Counted from the first letter of the stretch, positions 20,393 to 29,602 are shown. The stretch is 32,000 nt of DNA from Alkalilimnicola ehrlichii MLHE-1 (GCF_000014785.1 NC_008340.1:1050001-1082000); one strand, 5' to 3'. Notes: generated from the letters alone by a model not told the origin. Numbers and translations are program-made.

Positions 20393-21313
20393 TCAGTGGT
20401 TCCGGCCAATGCAGTATTCGGCAATGCCGCGTAGCACATCGGCGCTCTGGTCCAGCCCCTCCAGCGACTCCAGGGCGTCCTCCACCAGCCGGTCAGCCGT
20501 CTCGCGGGCCTCGCGCATGCCCAGCAGGGCGGGGTAGGTGGCCTTGGCCTGGCGCTGGTCCGAGCCCCGGGCCTTGCCCAAGGCCTCGGTCTCGCCCTCC
20601 ACATCCAGGATGTCGTCGCGGATCTGGAAGGCGAGCCCGATGCACTTGCCGTAATGGTCCAGCCGCTGGAGCAGCTCCTCGTCCACCGGGCTGGCGGCCA
20701 GGGCGCCGAGCTGCACGCTGGCCCGGATCAGGGCGCCCGTCTTGTGGATGTGCATATCCTCGAGCTGGGCCACGTCCAGTTGCTGCCCGGTGGCGGCCAG
20801 GTCGATGGCCTGCCCCCCCGCCATACCGCGGGAGCCGGCGGCCAGCGCCAGCACCTCGACCATCCGCAGCCGGGCGCGGCTGTTCTGCACCCCCCCCGGG
20901 TCGTGGGCCAGGATGTGAAAGGCCAGCGTCTGCAGCGCGTCCCCGGCCAAAATGGCGGTGGCCTCGTCGAAGGCCTTGTGACAGGTGGGCTGACCCCGGC
21001 GCAGCTCGTCGTCGTCCATGGCCGGCAGGTCGTCGTGGATGAGCGAGTAGGCGTGGATGCACTCCACCGCGCAGGCGGGGCCGTCCAGCAGGGTGGGGGC
21101 CGCGCCCAGGGCCTGCCCGGTGGCAAAAACCAGTATCGGGCGCAGCCGCTTGCCGCCGGACAACGCGGAATAGCGCATGGCCTGGTGCAGGCGCGCGGGG
21201 TGGGTCTGCGCCTCCGGCAACCAGTAGTCCAGCGCCTGCTCCACCCGGGCACGCCAGGTGGGGCTGACACGTTCAAGTGTCGCGATGTGCCGGATCTTCG
21301 AAGGCTTGTTCAT
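20393..21313 (-). CDS. ispA: (2E,6E)-farnesyl diphosphate synthase
   Basis: GGKRLRP, the first DDxxD motif (LIHDDLPAMDDDELRRG), the second (FQIRDDILD) and KATYPALLG are present. It lies downstream of xseB, as in the conserved xseB-ispA unit. Confidence 0.9.
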   Translation of the reverse strand: MNKPSKIRHIATLERVSPTWRARVEQALDYWLPEAQTHPARLHQAMRYSALSGGKRLRPILVFATGQALGAAPTLLDGPACAVECIHAYSLIHDDLPAMDDDELRRGQPTCHKAFDEATAILAGDALQTLAFHILAHDPGGVQNSRARLRMVEVLALAAGSRGMAGGQAIDLAATGQQLDVAQLEDMHIHKTGALIRASVQLGALAASPVDEELLQRLDHYGKCIGLAFQIRDDILDVEGETEALGKARGSDQRQAKATYPALLGMREARETADRLVEDALESLEGLDQSADVLRGIAEYCIGRNH

Positions 21314-21530
21314 GGGCGTCCGCCCCTTGGCCGATGAGGGTTTCCACTTTCTGCTCCGCCTCCTGCAGCGCCTTCTGGCAGGCGCGGGTCAGCTCAACGC
21401 CGCGCTCGAACTGGCGCAGCGACTCCTCCAGGGAGAGTTCACCGCGCTCCATGCGCTCGACCAGGCCTTCCAGCTCTTTCAGCGCGGCCTCGAAATCAAA
21501 GGAATCAGAACCAGAAGAGGGGGTATCCAT
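21273..21530 (-). CDS. xseB: exodeoxyribonuclease VII small subunit
   Basis: FEAALKELEGLVERMERGELSLEESLRQFERGVELTRACQKALQEAEQKV is the canonical XseB helical hairpin. I place the start at ATG 21530; ATG 21554 is also possible. The 3' end overlaps the ispA start by 41 nt. Confidence 0.85.
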   Translation of the reverse strand: MDTPSSGSDSFDFEAALKELEGLVERMERGELSLEESLRQFERGVELTRACQKALQEAEQKVETLIGQGADAHEQAFEDPAHRDT

Positions 21531-21702
21531 GGGGCTTCCTGCAGGGCTTGCCAAGCGGTGTCGGGCCGCACCACGCGGCCATGAGACGGCTAAAGCTAAC
21601 CCGCCGGTGCCGCCGCGGTCAACGCGGGGGCATTAGCGCCGAGCCGGTGGCGGCGTTACACTCCAGCACGCTTGTCGTTCAACAGGAGGCAACGCCCCGC
21701 CC

Positions 21703-23595
21703 ATGAGCAACCGTTACGACGCCGCGGATATCGAAGTCCTCACCGGGCTGGAGCCGGTGCGCAAGCGCCCGGGCATGTACACCGACACCAGCCGGCCCAA
21801 CCACCTGGCCCAGGAAGTCATCGACAACAGCGTCGACGAGGTGATGGCCGGCCACGCCACCCGCGTGGACGTCACCCTTTTCCGCGACGGCAGCCTGGAG
21901 GTGCGGGACGACGGCCGGGGCATGCCGGTGGACGTCCACCCGGGGCAGGGGCGCCCGGGGGTGGAGGTCATCCTCGGCACCCTGCACGCCGGCGGCAAGT
22001 TCTCCGGCAAGAACTACCAGTACTCCGGCGGCCTGCACGGCGTGGGGGTGTCGGTGGTGAATGCCCTCTCCCGGCGGCTGGAGGTGCGGGTGCGCCGCGG
22101 TGGCATCGAGTACATGATGAGCTTCGCCCACGGCGAAAAGACCTCAGAGCTGACCGAGGTGGGCAAGGTGGCCAAGAAGGACACCGGCACCCTGCTGCGC
22201 TTTTGGCCCGACACCAAGTACTTCGACTCACCGAAATTCTCCATCCCGCGGATGCGGCATGTGCTGCGCGCCAAGGCGGTGCTCTGCCCGGGGCTGGTGG
22301 TGCGTTTTTATGACGAAGCCGCGGAGGAGGAGACCGTCTGGTGTTACGAGGACGGGCTGAAGGACTACCTCAGCGGCGCCCTGCAGGAGTGGCAGACCCT
22401 GCCCACCGAGCCCTTCATCGGGCGGATGAGCTCGGACCACGAGGCCGCCGAATGGGCCGTCACCTGGCTGCCGGAGGGCGGCGAGGCCATCACCGAGAGC
22501 TACGTCAACCTCATCCCCACCGCCCAGGGCGGCACCCACGTCAACGGCCTGCGCTCCGGGCTCACCGAGGCCATCCGCGAGTTCTGCGAGTTCCGCAATC
22601 TGTTGCCGCGCGGCGTGCGTATCACCCCGGAGGACGTCTGGGAGCGGGTCAGTTATGTGTTGTCGGTCAAGCTGGAGGACCCGCAGTTCTCCGGTCAGAC
22701 CAAGGAGCGGCTCTCCTCGCGCGAGTGCGCCACCTTCGTCTCGGGGGTGGTTAAGGATGCCTTCAGCCTGTGGCTGAACCAGCACGTGGAGGACGCCGAG
22801 GCCATCGTCCAGCTCATCATCTCCGCCGCCCAGCGGCGGATGCGCGCGTCCCGCAAGGTGGCCCGCAAGCGCGTCACCCAGGGCCCGGCACTGCCCGGCA
22901 AGCTGGCCGACTGCGCCGCCCAGGACCCGGCGCGCACCGAGCTCTTCCTGGTGGAGGGCGACTCCGCCGGCGGCTCCGCCAAACAGGCCCGCGACCGCGA
23001 GTTCCAGGCCGTCATGCCCCTGCGTGGCAAGATCCTGAACACCTGGGAGGTCGCGCCCGACGAGGTGATGGCCTCGCAGGAGGTGCACGATATCGCCGTG
23101 GCCCTGGGCACCGACCCAGGCTCAGAGCAGCTCGATGGCCTGCGCTACGGCAAGATCTGCATTCTCGCCGACGCCGACCCCGACGGCGCCCACATCGCCA
23201 CCCTGCTGTGCGCCCTCTTTCTCAAGCACTTCCCGGCGCTGGTGCGCGCCGGCCATGTCTTCGTGGCCATGCCGCCGCTCTACCGCATCGACGTGGGCAA
23301 ACAGACCTTCTACGCCCTGGACGAGCACGAGCGCCAGGGCGTGCTCGACCGCATCGCCGCCGAGAAGCTGAAGGGCAAGGTGGCCGTCACCCGGTTCAAG
23401 GGCCTGGGCGAGATGAACCCGCTGCAATTGCGCGAGACCACCATGGCCCCCGACACCCGGCGACTGGTGCAATTGATGGTGGACGACGCCGAGGCCACCG
23501 AGGCGTTGATGGCCCAGTTGCTGGGCAAGCGCAATGCGTCGCAGCGGCGGCGGTGGTTGGAGGATAAGGGGAATATGGCGGAGGCGATGGTTTGA
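21703..23595 (+). CDS. parE: DNA topoisomerase IV subunit B
   Basis: 630 aa, collinear with E. coli ParE over the full length (DAADIEVLTGLEPVRKRPGMYTDTSRPNHLAQEVIDNSVDE, LVEGDSAGGSAKQARDREFQA, GKICILADADPDGAHI, RFKGLGEMNP). It lacks the GyrB-specific insertion. Confidence 0.95.
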   Translation: MSNRYDAADIEVLTGLEPVRKRPGMYTDTSRPNHLAQEVIDNSVDEVMAGHATRVDVTLFRDGSLEVRDDGRGMPVDVHPGQGRPGVEVILGTLHAGGKFSGKNYQYSGGLHGVGVSVVNALSRRLEVRVRRGGIEYMMSFAHGEKTSELTEVGKVAKKDTGTLLRFWPDTKYFDSPKFSIPRMRHVLRAKAVLCPGLVVRFYDEAAEEETVWCYEDGLKDYLSGALQEWQTLPTEPFIGRMSSDHEAAEWAVTWLPEGGEAITESYVNLIPTAQGGTHVNGLRSGLTEAIREFCEFRNLLPRGVRITPEDVWERVSYVLSVKLEDPQFSGQTKERLSSRECATFVSGVVKDAFSLWLNQHVEDAEAIVQLIISAAQRRMRASRKVARKRVTQGPALPGKLADCAAQDPARTELFLVEGDSAGGSAKQARDREFQAVMPLRGKILNTWEVAPDEVMASQEVHDIAVALGTDPGSEQLDGLRYGKICILADADPDGAHIATLLCALFLKHFPALVRAGHVFVAMPPLYRIDVGKQTFYALDEHERQGVLDRIAAEKLKGKVAVTRFKGLGEMNPLQLRETTMAPDTRRLVQLMVDDAEATEALMAQLLGKRNASQRRRWLEDKGNMAEAMV

Positions 23596-23960
23596 GACCA
23601 GCGCCTGGCGGGGTTTGAGGTCGTCTGCGGTGATTTGGACGGCCTGGGCTCCTGCTATCTCTCAGCGTCCTGGCTGGTATACTGGGCCTTCGAAGGCGTC
23701 GGTGGGCCGCACCCCGTAACCGGCGCCGGGCCATCGGGCCGGTGCGGCGGCTTACGATGCTCCCTAGTTCGGTCCCATTGCTGTGTTCGGCAAGCAGCAT
23801 TCTTGCCTTCCCGCGCGTAGTGCATAGCCCGATCCGAGTACGGAGCGGACCGGTCTCCAGTGCTCTGCAGCGCGTGTCTCGGGGTGGGCTAGCTTGCCGG
23901 ATGGCGCACCTGCCATCCTCATTCTTGTTCCCGTCCCCTGTCCAGCATCGCCGTCTTGGG

Positions 23961-26900
23961 GGGCGATCCCCGCAGGGGCGGGGGAGCCGTCACCACCCTC
24001 ATCAACCAGTCCGGCTTCCGGGGTCTATCCCCGCAGGCGCGGGGGAGCCGAGGCCCTACCGGAGTGGGGCTTGGCTAATAGAGGTCTATCCCCGCAGGCG
24101 CGGGGGAGCCAAGGCTCAGGCGCCGACGCAGTCCACCGGCGAGGGTCTATCCCCGCAGGCGCGGGGGAGCCAACACGCTAGCCGCCCCGGGAAACTTGGC
24201 CCGGGGTCTATCCCCGCAGGCGCGGGGGAGCCAGCCGGCGCAGGTGCTCGCACCCGTACTGCAGAGGTCTATCCCCGCAGGCGCGGGGGAGCCTTAAGGT
24301 GGAGGTGAGTAATGATGGTGAAACTAGGTCTATCCCCGCAGGCGCGGGGGAGCCTGCTAGAACAGGAAATCAAGGCGCTGCGTGAGGGGTCTATCCCCGC
24401 AGGCGCGGGGGAGCCCGGGGACTACACCGGGGAAAAGCACTTGCAATGGGTCTATCCCCGCAGGCGCGGGGGAGCCTGGTATCCCGAGGAGCTAGCGACG
24501 GGTGATATCGGTCTATCCCCGCAGGCGCGGGGGAGCCCCGGGCGGGACCCTCGGGCACCGGCGCCCACCGGGTCTATCCCCGCAGGCGCGGGGGAGCCGC
24601 CGGGTTGTCCGGGTTGGGGTCTTGGGGTCAAGGTCTATCCCCGCAGGCGCGGGGGAGCCGATGCCGAAGAGTTCGAGGAAACGATTTACAAGGGTCTATC
24701 CCCGCAGGCGCGGGGGAGCCGCAGGAAACACACCTGATGCCGGCCCTCACTCGGGGTCTATCCCCGCAGGCGCGGGGGAGCCTGCAAGACTGGCGCAGGA
24801 GCGCGGAGAAACAGAGGTCTATCCCCGCAGGCGCGGGGGAGCCGGATCAAGTGGGCGCTGACTGCCGTGGGCCTGTGGTCTATCCCCGCAGGCGCGGGGG
24901 AGCCGAGTTGGCAAGTATCCATTATTGACCCCTTCAGGGTCTATCCCCGCAGGCGCGGGGGAGCCCAGTACCAGGTTTCCGGGTTCGACTCGGCCTCAGG
25001 TCTATCCCCGCAGGCGCGGGGGAGCCTCGGAGTCAATGTGGAGGGTCGGGTACTGCGGGGGTCTATCCCCGCAGGCGCGGGGGAGCCTCCGTCTTCTGGA
25101 TATCAAGACCAGCCTCTCCAGGTCTATCCCCGCAGGCGCGGGGGAGCCTGGACCACCAGGCTGCTGGCCACTCGGTGCCGGGGTCTATCCCCGCAGGCGC
25201 GGGGGAGCCCCCGGCTGGTACGGATCGACCGCCTCAGCAAAGGGTCTATCCCCGCAGGCGCGGGGGAGCCTGTGACCATACCTCCACTTCCTCACCGCGG
25301 TGCGGTCTATCCCCGCAGGCGCGGGGGAGCCGTACCGTCATCCCCTACAACCAGCCACACACCGGGTCTATCCCCGCAGGCGCGGGGGAGCCACCCGGGG
25401 CCGGATCATCGCCCAGGTGGAGAGGGGTCTATCCCCGCAGGCGCGGGGGAGCCACGGCAGCACGGAGGAGCAGGAGATGGCCCGAGGGTCTATCCCCGCA
25501 GGCGCGGGGGAGCCACCAAGCCTGAGACCGTACCTGGTGCCGCCTGGGGTCTATCCCCGCAGGCGCGAGGGAGCCGAAGTGGACGCCTTTCGAGATCATG
25601 CAGCTGCGGGTCTATCCCCGCAGGCGCGGGGGAGCCCAGAACCCTAATCTGGAGGTCCGGGCCGGGCGAGGTCTATCCCCGCAGGCGCGGGGGAGCCCAG
25701 GTGCTGCACGGCAAGGTGCGCGTTGCGGAGGGTCTATCCCCGCAGGCGCGGGGGAGCCGCAACGAATACCAGCGCGCCGAGATCAACGACAGGTCTATCC
25801 CCGCAGGCGCGGGGGAGCCGCGCTCGGGTGAGCGAGCGGGCTGCTGGGGTTGGGTCTATCCCCGCAGGCGCGGGGGAGCCCACCACGCGACCGGCACCGC
25901 CCCGGGCTTGTAGGGTCTATCCCCGCAGGCGCGGGGGAGCCGCCGAGGGTACAGCTTGACCGACCAGCCTCGCGGGTCTATCCCCGCAGGCGCGGGGGAG
26001 CCTTGGCGCGGGGTGGCCGAGCCGGGAGGTGAACGGGTCTATCCCCGCAGGCGCGGGGGAGCCACCAGGTGGGCCAGGAACTCCTCGTCGAACTCGGGTC
26101 TATCCCCGCAGGCGCGGGGGAGCCCGAGGTCAGGAGGAAGTATGCCCCCCATCCCTGGGTCTATCCCCGCAGGCGCGGGGGAGCCTTCCAGACCGACACC
26201 ATCAGCTGCCCGCGGTAGGGTCTATCCCCGCAGGCGCGGGGGAGCCAGCGGCCAGATCGATGCGATCCTCACCGACCAGGGTCTATCCCCGCAGGCGCGG
26301 GGGAGCCCAGAAAACAGCCCCGCCCACGCGGCGGGGCACAGGTCTATCCCCGCAGGCGCGGGGGAGCCATACTCCTTCAGTCGGCTCTCTGCCTGCTTGC
26401 CGGTCTATCCCCGCAGGCGCGGGGGAGCCTGGGCCTTGAAGTAGCCCTCGTCGTCTGCGTGGGGTCTATCCCCGCAGGCGCGGGGGAGCCCAGGTGCTGC
26501 ACGGCAAGGTGTCCGTCCGCGAGGGTCTATCCCCGCAGGCGCGGGGGAGCCGGTGGTCAGGCCCGGCAGCGGGATCTCGCCCAGGGTCTATCCCCGCAGG
26601 CGCGGGGGAGCCGCGGATAAACTCTTGCTTCGATGCCGCGTCAAGGGTCTATCCCCGCAGGCGCGGGGGAGCCGCCAACGTGCGCCGGTGGGAGTCCCCG
26701 GAGGAGGGTCTATCCCCGCAGGCGCGGGGGAGCCCGCGTCGGGCTGCTGACACGCCAGGCGCGGGAGGGTCTATCCCCGCAGGCGCGGGGGAGCCACCCT
26801 TTAGATGATTGGTACGGCTTGAGCCCGGGGTCTATCCCCGCAGGCGCGGGGGAGCCAACAAACTCGTGCAGAGTGGATGATGGTCCAAAGGTCTATCCCC

Positions 26901-29602
26901 GCAGGCGCGGGGGAGCCAAGCGCATCATTCCGCCGGGGGGTACGCTGGAGGGTCTATCCCCGCAGGCGCGGGGGAGCCAGCAACACTAAGCCGTAACGCA
27001 ACCCCTTGCCGGGTCTATCCCCGCAGGCGCGGGGGAGCCCCGTTATCGCCCATTTCCTGCGCGCTGGCGGTGGGTCTATCCCCGCAGGCGCGGGGGAGCC
27101 CTCGAGGCCGCCGCCGGTATTCTGCGCCTCGACGGTCTATCCCCGCAGGCGCGGGGGAGCCAGAGAGCGTATTCCAGTACGTGGAGGTGTCCGAGGTCTA
27201 TCCCCGCAGGCGCGGGGGAGCCCTCTTGGTGCGCCTCTTCCATCTCGCGCTCTAGGGTCTATCCCCGCAGGCGCGGGGGAGCCCGGCCGCATGTTGCGCT
27301 TGTTCGATCACGGTAAGGTCTATCCCCGCAGGCGCGGGGGAGCCTCGCGATTGGCGTTAATGCCAAATTGCTTAAGGGGTCTATCCCCGCAGGCGCGGGG
27401 GAGCCGATATCAGCGGCGCGCAGGAGATTCGCTGGACGGGTCTATCCCCGCAGGCGCGGGGGAGCCAAAGTCAGTTGCTTCAGTTGCTTTAGGGGTAAAG
27501 GGTCTATCCCCGCAGGCGCGGGGGAGCCCCGGAGGCAAACTGCTCAATCTGCCCCGGCAGGGGTCTATCCCCGCAGGCGCGGGGGAGCCAGGTAGACATT
27601 GGCCCATAGCTGGCTGGTCAGGGGTCTATCCCCGCAGGCGCGGGGGAGCCCTCCCTGGGCATCCCGCGTCAACTCCCTGCCGGGGTCTATCCCCGCAGGC
27701 GCGGGGGAGCCACGTTGGGCTTGTGCTTCTTGCCCGGGGGCAGGGGTCTATCCCCGCAGGCGCGGGGGAGCCCCACTCGGCGCACCGTGCGCCTCGGTCT
27801 TTTCGGGTCTATCCCCGCAGGCGCGGGGGAGCCTGGGAGAAGGCCCACCCCGAGTTTCTAGCCACGGGTCTATCCCCGCAGGCGCGGGGGAGCCCCAGAC
27901 CCGAGAAGTTGGACCGAGGAAGGTCGAGGTCTATCCCCGCAGGCGCGGGGGAGCCTTCAGTTCGTCTGCGCAATCCTCGATGGTGAAAGGTCTATCCCCG
28001 CAGGCGCGGGGGAGCCGGGCCTGCTCGGGCTGGCCGACGGCGATATTGAGGTCTATCCCCGCAGGCGCGGGGGAGCCGGAATATCGGCCACGAATGTTTT
28101 TCCATCACTGGGTCTATCCCCGCAGGCGCGGGGGAGCCACTTCAAAGTCGTGCTTGAGCGGCGTTGCCACGGGTCTATCCCCGCAGGCGCGGGGGAGCCG
28201 CAGGCATGAGCGTGCATATCCACACGGACCTAGGTCTATCCCCGCAGGCGCGGGGGAGCCTTCGGGACGCGCCGCATGGCGGAACGCCCGTGGGGTCTAT
28301 CCCCGCAGGCGCGGGGGAGCCTTCTGGAAAGGCATCGCAGCCGAACTGGAGTGGGGTCTATCCCCGCAGGCGCGGGGGAGCCGGAGCCGTCCGGGGTCTG
28401 CTCTTCGGACTGCAGGGTCTATCCCCGCAGGCGCGGGGGAGCCACGCCACCATCCCGGCCCAGCTCACACCTTCCAGGTCTATCCCCGCAGGCGCGGGGG
28501 AGCCCGCTATCGGACGCGCCGGGCTCTACTCCGATAAGGTCTATCCCCGCAGGCGCGGGGGAGCCTTCGCCAGACTGCCCCACTCGGTGCTGATAAAAGG
28601 TCTATCCCCGCAGGCGCGGGGGAGCCTGACAGTGCCAGGCCCGCCCGCTCGCTGACCCAGGTCTATCCCCGCAGGCGCGGGGGAGCCTCGTCTTCGGTGC
28701 TATCCTGTGTGGCAGTCTGAGGTCTATCCCCGCAGGCGCGGGGGAGCCTTCTAGCCTCTCTTTGTGCCGGTTCTCTTCCAGGGTCTATCCCCGCAGGCGC
28801 GGGGGAGCCGCAAGAATGTGCCGGTGACCTCAATGGACTCAAGGTCTATCCCCGCAGGCGCGGGGGAGCCTTCGCTGAGGCGCTCCTGGTGCTGTGCCTC
28901 AAGGGTCTATCCCCGCAGGCGCGGGGGAGCCCTCGTGTTCGAGTTCGAGCGCGGGTTGTTCAAGGGTCTATCCCCGCAGGCGCGGGGGAGCCTCGTTCTG
29001 TAGCTGGATCAGCTCGCCTTCCAGGGGTCTATCCCCGCAGGCGCGGGGGAGCCATTACCACGGCGGGTGGGAAGAAATACACTACAGGTCTATCCCCGCA
29101 GGCGCGGGGGAGCCGGCTTGCTCGGCAAAGAGCTGCAGCGGCAGCGAGGTCTATCCCCGCAGGCGCGGGGGAGCCCGGCAGCGAGCTGGCAGGGAATTGG
29201 GGCTGTGGGGTCTATCCCCGCAGGCGCGGGGGAGCCAGCCCTCGCCGCCGCCGGTGCCGGCATGGATCGGGTCTATCCCCGCAGGCGCGGGGGAGCCACC
29301 AGCTTGAGGCCGCTCTGCCATTCCCAGACGGGTCTATCCCCGCAGGCGCGGGGGAGCCCGGTTCTGCACGCGCCGCACCGGGCCGGTGATGGGTCTATCC
29401 CCGCAGGCGCGGGGGAGCCGGCGCTACTGGCCATAGGCAGATCGAGATCTACGGTCTATCCCCGCAGGCGCGGGGGAGCCTACCGAATCACCTCATCGGA
29501 TATGGCAACCGCGGGTCTATCCCCGCAGGCGCGGGGGAGCCGTCGAGGTAGAGCTGCTGCGTCGACAACTCCGGGGTCTATCCCCGCAGGCGCGGGGGAG
29601 CC
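23961..29602 (-). CRISPR. type I-E CRISPR array: 93 repeats (28-nt invariant core plus 1 variable nt) and 92 spacers (33 nt counting the variable base; two are 34 nt)
   Basis: The + strand core is GGTCTATCCCCGCAGGCGCGGGGGAGCC. Its reverse complement GGCTCCCCCGCGCCTGCGGGGATAGACC aligns base for base with the E. coli I-E repeat GAGTTCCCCGCGCCAGCGGGGATAAACC(G), so crRNA sense is the minus strand. The period is 61 nt. 91 of 93 cores are identical. The leader-distal repeat (23961-23988) has 3 mismatches. Arithmetic check: 93x28 + 90x33 + 2x34 = 5642 nt = 23961..29602. cas2 and the AT-rich leader lie at the 29.6-kb end. Confidence 0.98.

Noticed and set aside
23839-23960. Possible additional decayed CRISPR repeats upstream of the terminal repeat.
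   Set aside because: Windows in 61-nt register (23900-23927 and 23839-23866) show no meaningful identity to the repeat core.
25149-28598. 11-12-nt strings shared between non-adjacent spacers: spacers 20 and 76 share CCACTCGGTGC, and spacers 52 and 87 share GCCGCCGCCGGT.
   Set aside because: About one such match is expected by chance among 92 GC-rich spacers. The second string is also low complexity. There is no extended similarity on either side.
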